Assembly: GCA_026770705.1 (NCBI GenBank)
Contig: JANJGN010000151.1
Coordinates: 124,001-188,000, forward strand
Source of the DNA: Isurus oxyrinchus
Taxonomy: Eukaryota
Reading direction: 5' to 3'
Length of the DNA: 64,000 nucleotides
The stretch's first letter is position 1. Each line of letters opens with the position of its first letter. Shown here piece after piece: positions 51,243-63,389 of the stretch. The notes below the pieces were generated by a model that was given only the letters and a program-made list of their open reading frames with translations, was not told where the DNA came from and did not search any database. The translations under genes were made by a program, and so were the position numbers.

Positions 51243-51673
51243 ATTGAAAAAGAATGCATTCGGAATTTTGCTCGAAGCACTTCGGCAAATCTGAACACAG
51301 GGCGCAGGACTTTATGTAAATGCAAAGCCTGTTCTTTTCCTGAGCGACCCGCAGTGTTACATACCTGCTGCTGCATTTTCTTATTGTGTGTACCTCCTGT
51401 AGCGGCCAGAACACACTGTCAAATACTTTGCTGAGCATTTCTGCCCTAAGACCTTTAATTTTCAAAATTTTACGAAATCTCTAAACACATTTTTGCATTA
51501 TGTTCAGAATATATTGGATGTAAATGGAACAGAGCAGGCCTTCTCCAATGCTGCATGTGCTATTCTCGGCTTGTTACTTATATGAAATCAGCTCGATATA
51601 CTGATAATGTAATGAAGTTCTGGTTTCTCCACAGTATGCCGCCTATTCTATTCACCTTATCACATTGCGGCAG

Positions 51674-51712
51674 TGTTTTTGTACGGGGCTCCCTCTGGTT
51701 CCTGTCACTGTG
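51674..51712 (-). other. 23-RSS
   Basis: CACAGTG, 23 bp, ACAAAAACA. Confidence 0.95.
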
Positions 51713-52224
51713 TCTCTCAGCCCGCAGTAATACACCGCGCTGTCAGACAGCAGCAAGTCACGGATGGTGAAATTCCCCTCACTTTTCGAAGTGTCGATCG
51801 ATGCAGAAAATCGAATCCCTATGCCCTCTGCTCTGACAACATCCCCGTAGTTACGGATGTAGATCAAGAATTTGGGGGCTTTATCCTGTTCCTGACGGTA
51901 CAGTTGTAAGGAATATGAGTTATAAGTGCCCGAGTAGCTATAATTAATGGTCATCGAATGTCCTTCGAAATGTATCGCTATATGCGGCTCCTGTGATACC
52001 GAATCTGCACCATTAACACCTGTAGAAATTTAGAAACACAGAACGTTAAGCTTTTATCATCATTTTAATATACTTAATATCATCAGGTGACGGGGCATAT
52101 TAGAAACAGAGACAAAACATAGTGAACATAGAACACATTGCCTGCAAGGAGATTTTGCAGCTGTAAGCTTACCAGTTACGAGAGCTGCAGTTGTGAGGAA
52201 CGAATAAAAAGTAATAACCGACAT
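51713..52224 (-). CDS. Open-frame non-canonical TCR V segment (family D; Tyr23, Leu41): leader 52224-52173, V exon 52019-51713
   Basis: MSVITFYSFLTTAALVT|GVNGADSVSQEPHIAIHFEGHSMTINYSY..LQLYRQ..LSDSAVYYCGLRD; intact splice sites and RSS. Confidence 0.88.
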
Positions 52225-53116
52225 GCTTGCAGACAGTTGAAGCCGGATTTGAATAGAACCTGAAATTGTTTTCGTGAAGAGTTGGGTTAACGTTGAGCAA
52301 CATCCGGCGTCTCTGCCGATTGGTTCATTCCTGACAGAGTCAGCAGGTGGACCAATCAAATCCTTTATTCTGTTATTCGTCAAATCAGCTGAGAGCTCCT
52401 TTATCCTCCAATTTATGACATCCGAGCGGCCAGCAATCAATGGAACAGGGAACTGGACAGGAATTCAACACAATGTTGTCCCTCCAACTGTTTCAGTCTC
52501 TGAGGTGGATGGAGTGAAGAGAAATAGTCCATATTGTGCTGGTATCAGTGCCGGAGCCTCCCATTAAAAAAGCTGATCAGTGCAGCTACCCACAGCTAAT
52601 AGAAATGTTGGTATAGAGGACCAGTGTACCCAGAAGAATTTGAATAAAATGCCGTGTTGAATTAGACAAACACCACCTAATATAAAGGTGGATATAGAGG
52701 ACCAGTGCGCTCTGAAGGCTTTGACTAAAGCGACATGGTCACTTAGACCAATTCCACTTATCATATGAATGAAATGGGGGCTGCCTGACTGACAGGCTTG
52801 AGCAGAATGGGAGAGTGCAAGCTGCAGATGAGATCAGAGAAACTGTGGGGATCTGCTCAGTGAAATATTTTTACCATACCTTTACATTACAATATCTCGA
52901 TTGTTCATCGTAACAATTATAATAAAACAACGTGTATTTGAAATGAATGCCTCTATTTCAGAATATGTTTCTTTCATTCTTTTTCTAAATGAAATAACTG
53001 AATAATGTTTCAAACATGTAAAGGAGCAATTTTTGGAGGTTTGGGGAAAGAGCGGAGACGTGGGATTAATTGGATAGCCCATGCGAAGAGTAAACTCAAG
53101 CACAATGGGGCAAAAT

Positions 53117-53240
53117 GACTCGGCCTCTGCTGTATGGTGCGTTGTTGGACTCCTCCTCTGCTTTATGGTGTATTGTTCGACTTCTCCTCTGCTGTATGGT
53201 GTATTGATGGACTCCTCCGCTGCTGTACTTGTTCATTGAT
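53117..53240 (+). repeat. 31-bp tandem repeat, 4 units
   Basis: gactcctcctctgctgtatggtgtattgttg-like units at the tail of a LINE/SINE fragment. Confidence 0.8.
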
Positions 53241-53507
53241 CTCCGCTTGCAACTGAAGTGATTGAACCAAACACTGTTGCCAGCTCAGACCTGCAGCAAC
53301 ATCGCGGTGATTAGTTTAATTTGGTTTATCATTCCCAACCCAACCATCAAGAGCTGATGGTTAACAACATGAAGAGAAAACGATAGCAGTGAAACAGTAA
53401 AAGGCTTCAGCCGATCCTATTAACCCTGTCCCTGCAGAATGGATGGCGTCTGTGGACCTGTAGTTCACAAAGGAGTCAGCACACTGAGGAGAGCAGTGGC
53501 CGTTGTG

Positions 53508-53922
53508 GAGGTTGTCAGCTCGGAATGGTTGTTTTATCTCTCCGTGCCTCAATGCACAGTAATACACCCCAGCTTCTGGGTCCACGGTGCTGTCCCTACC
53601 GGGAATGTAATAACTTCTTGTTGGGTAAATGAATATGTTGAAGAATCTGCTTGTGGTGCATCTGCTAACAGCTGACCTGATAAATTACAGGCCACGATTC
53701 TGTCGTATTCTGTACCAGTGAATTCTCTCAGGGGCCCTGGTGATTGCATTTTACTGCAATTCAATCGAGTATCCCTCTTCTGTAAAGATCCGCTGTGACT
53801 GGTTGATCACAGTCTCTCCGCTGATAACTTCTGATACAGAAGATAAGAAACATGTTCTAATGGCAAAAACTATTCTCCACAAAATCCTCACCTAAAATCA
53901 AAACCAGAAGCTGTAATTCCAT
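53508..53922 (-). pseudogene. TCR V pseudogene, divergent family
   Basis: Leader MELQLLVLIL G|gtgagg; 61-bp intron; EEGYSIELQ*..IHWYR..EAGVYYCALR; heptamer CACGGAG. Confidence 0.82.
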
Positions 53923-54787
53923 TCATTGTGTTTTGCTGGTTTCTGCACTCGCTGGATCAGGAATATTGCTGGAGAATTGGTTTAATTTGGGGTCACTGAG
54001 ATTTACAATCAAATATATTTTTTTGATAAACATATTTCACATCGTCAACAAGAGCAAGGGAACAATCGAACGCTGATATATTTTTCGCACTGACATGCCC
54101 TCTGGAGCCAGGTTTCACATTTTTCCTTTTCAGTAAAAGATACAACTATCTCCTATAGCTCAGGAAAGGCTGTTGGGCCAACTCGGAGTTCCAAAGAAGA
54201 GTTAAATTCGAATCAAAGCTTTAATCTGTTTCCCTTTCCACAGATGCTTCCAGACCTGCCGTGTCTTAAAGCACTTTTAAAATTTTATGTTAGAGCATCC
54301 ACAGTATACTTTTATACAAGGATAGGCAAATATTGTGTCTGATGGGGACTGAGCACATCAACTGGTTTGATGCTCCGATTTATGATGAATGTAATTGGAG
54401 CCTGGAAAATGAGTAGAAACCGCATTTGGTTTTGGAAACGAATGTCCTGATATAAAATAGAGAGATTTAGAGGCCTGTTATGGCCAGGAATGTACATGTC
54501 TTGTGTTGTTGCTGCGCCCATTTGACTAATCTCCTTTTCTGCAACAGTAACAGACATCTAATCCTGAAGAGTCCCCAGGGAATTTAATGTAAAAACAACA
54601 CTTGGATATTTTCAATGAATCAAATAATCACGAAGGGCTAGGGCAGCTAAGTACTTGTTCTTCAAACGTGTTTGTAAGTGAGAGACTGAGCGACGAGCAC
54701 ATTGAGAGACAGAGAGAAAGAAAATGAAGGAAGAAAGATACAAATGAAGGAGAGACATTGAGATAAACAAGAGAGAGAGAGAAGGAG

Positions 54788-55158
54788 AGAGGCGATGGCG
54801 TAGTCGCTGAATGAGTAATCCAGAGGACGAGGGTCTCCCCTGGTGATGCTCTGAGGATGCGGGTTAGAACCTCTCTATGGCAGATGGTGGAATTTGAATT
54901 CAATAAAAAATTCTTGAATCAAACGTCTAATGATGACCATGAAACCATTGTTGATTGTCATAAAAAAAACCATCTGGTTCACTATGTCCTTTAGGGAAGG
55001 AAGTCTGCTGCCCTTACCTGGTCTGGCCTATATGTGACTCCAGACCTGCAACAATGCAGTTGATTCATAAATTCCCTCTCAACAAGGGCAATTAGGGATA
55101 AGCAATAAATTCTGGCTTGCCAGCGATGCCCACATCTCATCAATGATTAAATAAAAAG
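54788..55158 (+). mobile_element. Near full-length HE1-type tRNA-derived SINE
   Basis: A/B-box-like head, core ggcagatggtggaatttgaattcaataa..ccatctggttcact and LINE-derived tail. Confidence 0.85.
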
Positions 55159-56194
55159 ATGAAGGTTCAGTAATGGGAACATATGCAGCAAGATGAACAA
55201 TATTCTAAATGGAAGCAGGAATTCTAGGAAGGGAAAGAAAAATAACATAATGTTGCACGTAATAGGGAAAGGATGATTTCCGAGAGCTATTTGACCTCCT
55301 GGATTACGAGACCAGTCTCATAAACACCATGTTATCGTGCCCATACCCGCTGCAATAAACGCACAGAGACGACCAGGGAGCTCCAGTTAAAGGAACACGA
55401 TACTGTTACATGATTATATCACATTTCTCGCGTTCTTCTTCTTGTTAATATAATGCATTTTAGTGCAGGTGACCTTATACACGCGGGCTAATTCAAGCTT
55501 TATTTTAAATCCTGGTGATTCCATTGTTTATTTCAATATCTCAACCATTACTGGTTAAAATAAGCCTGTTTTAAACAATTTGAAACAACTGAGATTCCAA
55601 TAGGATGCCGAGTCTCAAATATCAACACAGAAAAATGATGCCAATAGGGCGCCTGCTATATTTGGGATTTAAATATAACTGTTTTAATTTTAATGTTGCC
55701 TCTGAGCTACGGTTAAATAATTTATCGACTGTAACTGCTCCTATGAAGTGAGCACTTTTCTGAACTCATTGAAATGGGAGACTGGGATAAATTGGATTTT
55801 CTGCACTCTGAACCTCAGGCAAAACGGGAAAAACAGAAAGAGGCAGAGAAAGTGTTTGTCAGAAAGGGTCAGAAACAGAGAAAGGGGATATGGATCCATG
55901 GAGACTGAAAGGCAAAATGAGACAGAGAGATCACGAAACCAAGAATGATCCGGAGAGGCCGAGAGAGACAGGGAGGAGAAAGTCAGAAGAAATAATCTGT
56001 CCACAGCGAACATTGATTGGCGCTCAACTGTCATCAGTTCTGAGAGACCAGCCAATCTTGTCGCTGGGACACGCCCCTAAGTTTCTCAATAAGTGAAGCC
56101 TGCCCCTGATCCGACTTTCGTCTTTACAATCAGAACAGAAGTGTCAACATATTTCCAATTATATCTTACATCTTCCAAACTCTAATCCTGTCAT

Positions 56195-56623
56195 CCTGTA
56201 TTCTCCATTTTCCTTACTGCTAATAATGGCTTGCTGCCCGGTGAGTCAATGCTTAAATGGTCAGTGTCCATTACTTGCGTTATCTTTACTCCCAGATATT
56301 TGATACATTCTGTGCTTTGTTGCAGGAACAAATGGTAAAGATTCAGTTTCCCAAGATCCCCCTGAGTTAACGGTTCTGGAAGGACAGAGCATAAAACTGG
56401 ACTGTAATTACTCGACAGCTGCTGTTTCAACTCTGTTTTGGTACATCCAGTATCCCGGGGAAGCTCCGAGATATTTAATGAAGATATATCGCTTGGGGGA
56501 TGCAGAGAAGTCTCCAGATTCCCCAGACAGGTGCTCAGCTGTTTTGCACAAAGGAAATAAAATGATTCCTTTAAATATCGCCGGGGTTCTCCTCTCCGAC
56601 AGTGCCATATAGTTCTGTGCCAT
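56195..56623 (+). pseudogene. TCR V pseudogene (family C) with RSS heptamer and nonamer deleted
   Basis: Exon from 56326 GTNGKDSVSQDPPEL..LDCNY..LFWYIQYPGEAPRYL..SDSAI*FCAM. Confidence 0.9.
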
Positions 56624-56798
56624 GCTGCAGAGATACAGCGGATCCCAGTTCCGGTTAGTGCTCAGAAGAGGGCGCACTCACACCGATAAACGGAAGCAAT
56701 AGCTCGGACTTAAAGGATCACAAACTTTAATGAAATATCAAAATAAAGGCAGCGCTGAAGAAGAACGGGCGGGCAGCAACTGGGGAATTATATTATAG

Positions 56799-56935
56799 TA
56801 TAAAAGCAAAATACTGCCGATGCTGGAAATCTGAAACAAAAACAAAAATACCTGGAAAAACTCAGCAGGCCTGACAGCATCTGCGCAGAAGAATACAGTT
56901 AAAGTTTTGAGTCCGTATGACTCTTCATCAGAACT
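56799..56935 (-). mobile_element. Penelope terminal fragment
   Basis: Reverse complement of 7268-7410. Confidence 0.8.
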
Positions 56936-57385
56936 TATATTAGTTGGCTTTAACTTTCAAATATGCTAAAAATGAATTCCATGAATAAATTTGTGTTGCG
57001 CTAATTCACATTTAGACTTTCAATGATTTTTCCTCGCCTGTCTGAACTCTTAAGCAGCCCTATCCCCATCTTCACTCTCTCCTTCTAGGTCCCTTTGTCA
57101 AAGCCGGCACATCGTGTCTATTTGATGAGAGTATTTTGCTGGTTCAGAAACAATGTATAGAAAATGAAGACATTTCATCAGGTTGCGTTTTCATCCTTTA
57201 TAATAAGCCCCGAGCACAATGTAGCCACCCAGCAACTGGGGTCAAATGGTGCTGGGGGACGGGGGAGAAGTGAAGCATTTCGAAAAGGTAATTATGGAAC
57301 AAACACAGTTCGTCTCATATCCGAACCAATATTTCAATTTTAATCAACCTCCAGTCAGGTTTTCCTGTTTGCGTACGGATTTCAG

Positions 57386-57716
57386 ATCTGAGTCATGGAG
57401 ATTTTGTCACTCCTCGAATGTTTAGATGGAAGAGAAGTGGCTGCGTTAAGCATAATCTGTGATATTACATGGGGTGAACTATGTTTTATCCTAGTACTGG
57501 CTTGTCCCGGTCGGGCTGCATTTACAGGGGCAGTCTTACTCATATTTTCAGGCAATCGGCGAGGCAGGAAAATAGCAACAGCACCATTCAAGCAGTCACA
57601 CCTCTCTCTGAACGGAGAAAGTAGACTCTGAAGAGCTGATCAGGATCAAGGCTCACAGCTGGAGTTTATGATGGAAAGCAGTCTCATCTCCGTTCTTCGC
57701 GCTTTGTCTGACAGCT
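57386..57716 (+). pseudogene. Decayed V remnant of the 14.3-kb type
   Basis: ttcag|DLSHGDFVT..LSIICDI..LISVLRALSDS. Confidence 0.45.
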
Positions 57717-58019
57717 CCTGCCAGATGGGGTTTGTACAGAATCCAGGGCAGGTGCAGCCACAATGTTCATCGGCGCTGTCAGCCGCTCAAACACGAACCC
57801 AGATGAAACCGCATTCACCTCGGAGAAACTGTCACCAACTGTTTGCAACAGAGGCCGAGAAAACAAGCTGCAGATTCCGATCCGTCCGACTGATCCATCA
57901 CCAAATGAATCTGCAGGTTAGACCGCCTTTCCTGCTTCTGATCAGCTTTTAATTGCCTTAAACTGAGGTCTCAATATCCAGATCAGCTTCTGGAAAGATG
58001 TTTCTGACCCTCAACCCAG

Positions 58020-58100
58020 ACCGACTGACGTCACACTGATTGTTGGATGTCACAAAGATTACAAGGTGATGTCACGCAGACCACAGACGTACGTCACATA
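58020..58100. promoter_or_regulatory. CRE cluster (orphan V-type promoter)
   Basis: TGACGTCA (58026-58033) plus TGATGTCA and ACGTCA half-sites. Confidence 0.5.
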
Positions 58101-58519
58101 ATGGATGGTCTGGCGCATTCGCAGCCTTCAATCTCAGACACCATGAATGCCGAAGCTCCGTCTCAGCTTCACTTTGTCAACACAAGTCCCAGAGCCTCGA
58201 ATCTGGCTCGCTCAGTGTAACTGGTGCTGGGCTTAGTTTGATACACAACGGCGATTCCTTCAGCCGGTGACTATCTTGGCTTGAATCTTCTGACAGTTGT
58301 TTTATACAAATGGATAGCATCCGACACCTGAATCTGAGCTTCACTTTAGGGATTGTACCCTTGGATATCTTACTTTTTCCCACAAGTGAGCGTGATCACT
58401 ATTTCTGACAGCAATATTTCATACATCCATTATCCCGATCCGTTATCTTCTGCTAGACTGTACTTTCCATTATAGTATTACCTTGAACGACGCTAAATTG
58501 TGACTTTTGTTCATTTTAC

Positions 58520-59640
58520 AGGATGCTGGCCAGACCAAAATGCATTGCGCATCCCTAATTCCCCTTGAGAATGTGCTGGTGAGCTGCCTTCTTGAACCGT
58601 TGCAGTCCGTGGTGTAGGTACACCCACAGTGCTGTTAAGGAACGAGTTCCAGGGCTTTGACCCAACGGCAGTGAAGGAACAGCGATATATTTCCAGGTCA
58701 GGATGGTGAATTTCTTGGAGGGGAAATTCCCAGATGCTGCTGTTCCCATGCTTTTACTGCCCTTGTCCTTCTAGATGGTAGTATTCGAGGGTTTGGAAGG
58801 TGCTACCTAAGCAGCCTTGGTGAATTCCTGCAGTGCATCTTGGAGATGGTACACACAGCTGCAACTGTTCTTCGGTTGTGGATGGGGTGAATGATTGTGG
58901 ATGGGATGCCAATAAAGTGGGTTGCTTTCTCCTGGATGGTGTCAAGCTTCTTTAGTGCTGTGGGAGCTGCACACATCCAGGCAATGGGTGAGCATTCCAT
59001 CACACTTCTGACTTGTGTCTAGTAGATGGTGGACAGGGAGTCAGGAGGTGAGTTAATTGCCGCAGGATTCCTAGACCCTGGTCTGTTCTTTTAGCCACTG
59101 TATTTATATGGCCAGTGCAGTTCAGTTTCTGGTCAATGGTAACCCCCGGGATATTCATACTGGGGGCTCAGTGATTGTAATGCCATTGAACATCAAGGGA
59201 CAATGGTTGGATTCTCTCTTGCTGGAGATGGTGATTGCCTGGCACTTGTGTGGTGCGAATGTTACTTGCCACTTGTCAGTCCAAGCCTGGATATTGTCCA
59301 GGTCTTGCTGCATTTGAACATGGTCTGCTTCAGTATCTGAGGAGTCACGAATGGTGCTGAACATTATGCTATCATCAGCGAACACCCCCACTCCTCACCT
59401 TATGATGGAAGGAAAGTCATTGATGAAGCAGCTGAAGACGGTTGGGCCGAGGACTCTACGTTAGGAACTCCTGCAGTGATCATCCGGCAACAACCACAAC
59501 CATCTTCCTTTCTGCTTGGTACGACTCCAACCAGCAGAGTGTTTCCTTCCTGATTCCCATTGACGCCCGTATTGCTACTGCTCCTTGATGCCACACTTAG
59601 TCAACTGCTGCCCTGATGTCACCTCACCCACTCACCTCAA
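58520..59640 (-). mobile_element. HER1-like LINE, 3' 1.1 kb
   Basis: GVFADD..QQDLDNIQAWTDKWQVTFAPHKCQ RT domain followed by the tail. Confidence 0.85.
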
Positions 59641-59814
59641 CATTCGTTTGAAATTTAGTTACTTTCTGTTGAAGTCTATACCAGGCAGCACGTGCCCTCT
59701 ATGGTGCTTTTTGATAATGGACATGCTGCTTGGTGATTCAATATTTAAAGAATTATTGTCTATTTCATGTGTTAAATTCAATCCCAGATTTTGACACACT
59801 TTGTTTTGTTACAG

Positions 59815-60050
59815 CAATGAGTATTGTCGAGCAATTGTCCCTGGATCCCTTTGAGTTAACTGTGTGCAACAACAGCCCGTAATGATCAGCTATAGTTACT
59901 CCATATCTGTGAGCTTTCTCTGAATCTGCTGGTACATCAATTTGCTGGGTAAGCTCCGAGATATTTACTGAAGTGTTATAACTCGGGCCATGGAGCCGAG
60001 ATTCAAAATTTTCCAGGCCGGCTGTCTGCTGATTTCGACAAGGCCAAAGG
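59815..60050 (+). pseudogene. TCR V pseudogene (family C), 3'-truncated
   Basis: Acceptor, then LSLDPFELTV..CWYI..APRYLLKCYNSG..FPGRLSADFDK. Confidence 0.75.
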
Positions 60051-60168
60051 CAGCAATACAAATGTTTCAAAGCAAACCTGTCAGGTTTTGCTCTCTGTGA
60101 GCCCGGGAACAAACTAAAGTCCTAGTTCGACATCAGAAACACTTAACTAAGCAGCAAATACTCGCTGA

Positions 60169-60666
60169 GGTTTCTGTGCGGGTTTTCGGCTTATATCTGA
60201 CACGGCCTCACAGCACAACAATAGTCTGCTCCGTCCTCCACACTCAGGCCTCTTATATTGAGATAACCAGACTTCTTAGACTCGTGAGCAGCAGCCAGAT
60301 ATCGTCCTGAGATTTCATCTATTTTCAGTCCTATTTGTTTGCTGATTACCGAACTTGAAGGGTGTGCCGGCTTCTGCCGATACCATTGTATACTGTACAT
60401 AACTAGCGCAGTTAATGTCACTGGTGAATGAGTTACTGGATCTGGACAAGTCCGTCTGTGAAGATAGATTAAGAAAAGAGCAGGAGCTTAAAGAGAGGCC
60501 TAAATTTGTATCAGGTCTATGAGTGTGCGTAAATTCCCATTTACCAAACTATCGTTACCTACATTAATTCCCAGTACAAGCTGTTTGGATCAATCTGCTA
60601 ACCTGCCATGATAAACATAATCCAGTACTTACTGTCGAACACAACTGCCAGTATTATCAGAAACAC
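60169..60666 (-). pseudogene. TCR V pseudogene (family A)
   Basis: Leader starts GTG (60666-60633); FR1 deletion removes Cys23; IQWYRQ..EDGADYCCAVR; heptamer broken, nonamer ACAGAAACC. Confidence 0.9.
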
Positions 60667-60793
60667 GTCTGAGTGAATCTCTCTCAGTGAATGTGAATGG
60701 AATGATCCAGAGATTGAGAAGGAGAGGTGAAACCCGGGGTCTGTTCATCTCATTGTTCATTCCACACACTGCAGGGGGCCAGGCCCATCGCGA

Positions 60794-61080
60794 CCAAAAA
60801 ACCATAAGAGCAGAAGTAGGCCATTCGGCCCATCGAGCCTTCTCCGCCATTCAATTAGGGCATGGCTGATCTGATAATCCGCACCTCCGCTTTCCTACCT
60901 TTTCCACATAACCTTTGATTCCCTTACTGATTAAACGTCTGTCCATCTCAGCCTTGGATATATTTAACGAGCCAGCCTCTTCAGCCCTCTGTGGTAAACA
61001 ATTCCACAGATTCACCATCCTCTGAGAGAAGAAATTTCTCTTCATCTCTGTCTTAAATTCGCGACCCCTTACTCTGAGAG
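60794..61080 (-). mobile_element. CR1-like LINE 3' fragment
   Basis: LRVRGREFKTEMKRNFFSQRMVNLWNCLP. Confidence 0.8.
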
Positions 61081-62129
61081 ACCTCACTCAGGATACCATC
61101 CTTATTGGCTGTGGCGTTGGTGACACGTGCCTTTATAATTAGCACGCTTGGGTGTGGCGCCCTCTGCTGGCGGATTCTGTTCAATCCGGTTGAGAACTGG
61201 GGCCATCGGGTGGATTTCGGGTTTACTGATTCACATGTCAAAACACCAATGTCAGGTCTGTTCTCTCAGAAATCCAAATTGGATCTAATCAGACTCGGTC
61301 CTTATCTTTGTTGATGTTTATGGCGGAAAGTAATGATAATCCTTTGTAAATCACTGTTTAGCCGCCAAAGAAATGCCATTTACATGAATGTCAAAATATT
61401 GGAGAAAGTAGACTGGGATGGCGCCAGGGCTGACGGCCTTCAATGTGAGCAGGCTAGAGAAACTGATGTTAGCCTTCTTCTGCCAAATTATTAAAGGACA
61501 CATTTAATCGAAATATTGAAAATGATAAGAAGTTGGATGTATTGGATTGCATATAACTGTTTCCATTAGCAGAAAATTCGAAAATACAAGGCCACCATTT
61601 TGAGAACAAAAAAGATAGGGAAAGATTATATTCACTACTACACTGCCACTTGTTTAGAGCTGGAACCACTGCAAAATATCCGGCTCTGTGGGACATGTGG
61701 GGACGAAAGATGAATTACATAACTCTTTCAATGAGGCCTAGACATGATTGGCCGAATTGCCTCAGTCCTTCCTCTAAGATTCTAAGCCCTTCCTGTCCCT
61801 CCCATCTTGTTTGTTCTCAGTCAGTGGAACAGTGAGCAGGTGCAGGATGGTCAGAGAATTCTGCAGATTCAACCGTCGCTATTTCCGCTCCACCAGTTCC
61901 ATGTGCAGCTGAGAGTCACCGCACACTTCACTCAATACTGAGTCTGCGGTATCCCACCCACAGCTTCCGTTTGCTGATTTTGCTCAGAACGATTGTGTTA
62001 TTGGAAAGTTTGCTGCAGCTGGTCCTTTCCTGTCATTGGTTGGATCAGCAGTGCAGTGGGACGGGGATCTGTATTTCTGCTCCGATAGAGGATTTCTCAC
62101 ACTGCAAAATCACAGACTCAGGAGGTATA

Positions 62130-62628
62130 ATGGGGAACCGTCTCGCTCCGCTCCTCATCATTATCTCACTTCTCAGTAAGTATTTCCTTCCTGGAAAAAC
62201 TAGATTCTCCTCCTGACAATGTAGCCCAGATGCTATTGTTGGTAAGAAAAAACTGATGATGATGATTATGTTGATTAAAATGAGGCTGAAGCTAATTGTT
62301 GTTTTTACTATATTTTCACGTTAGAATGGAGCCACCCAGACACAGTGGAACAACGGGTTGCTGAAATAACGGCGGAAGAAGAAAGAAATGCTACCCTAAC
62401 TTGCACCTTGAAAACAAGCGATTCTAACCCTTATGTGTACTGGTACAGTCAGCGCCTTGGGCAGCCTCCAAAGTACATGCTCCATATCCTGGGAGGGGAG
62501 GTATACAGACACACCGACATTCCCGACCGCTTTTCAGCTACGTTGAATAAAACAGCTAAGATTACCGAGCTAATGATCTGCAACGTCCTGATCTCTGACA
62601 GTGCGGTCTATTTCTGTGCCACGCAACC
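62130..62628 (+). CDS. Intact TCR alpha/delta-type V segment (family B): leader 62130-62175, V exon 62325-62628
   Basis: MGNRLAPLLIIISLL|KWSHPDTVEQ..LTC..VYWYSQ..DSAVYFCATQP. Confidence 0.92.
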
Positions 62629-62668
62629 CACACTGCTGCAGAGATATAACGGATCCAGTACAAAAACC
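62629..62668 (+). other. RSS with a 24-bp spacer
   Basis: CACACTG, 24 bp, ACAAAAACC. Confidence 0.88.
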
Positions 62669-63389
62669 TAACACCGAGAGTTCCAGTTAGTTCTCAGCAG
62701 AAGGTGCTCTGACACCAATAAACAGATTAAATAATCCCGCCTCCACAGCGAGAGTCTCAGGGACCATCGCAAAATTGCAACAAAACACAACCCCCTCCAA
62801 GATCCGACAATGACCACTTCAGTAGTAATATCATCATGCGATTTCAACTCGAGCATATAAGAAAAATGAACATCGTGAATCAATCTGTGGTGCTTTCACA
62901 CACCTTTCTTTTCCTTGGATGCCCTTCACTGCCGACTTGTTCTTTCTCAGTCTCTGCCTTCACTCGTTACGAATAATTTCAGCCATTCTCTTCTTCCAGT
63001 CTTTACATTAAACGTTTCAGGCCATTGATAATTGTTGTAAATTACCTCAGACTAACGCAGCTGCCCATAGATTCAGGCCCAGTTTTATCCGAGGTTGCTA
63101 ACGTGGATTCCCTTTATTACTGAATAACTTACTCATCCTGACATGCCTGTATTCACCCTGTTCTGCCCAGTATGGAATGAATGTGAAAGTACAGCAGTTC
63201 TCATAGAGAGACAGAGTTACATCATTTTCGACCGTGGTATTATTGTTATTATTGATTTCAGCTCCTGACAAGTGGGTCCGATGTGTGATAACAGTCTGCT
63301 GTAGCACCGCCCACAGCTTCCCGTTTGCAGCCGTCTCTCTGACCCGCCTTGCCTGCCCTCTATTATTGGACCGGTTGCTGCCTCTGTTC

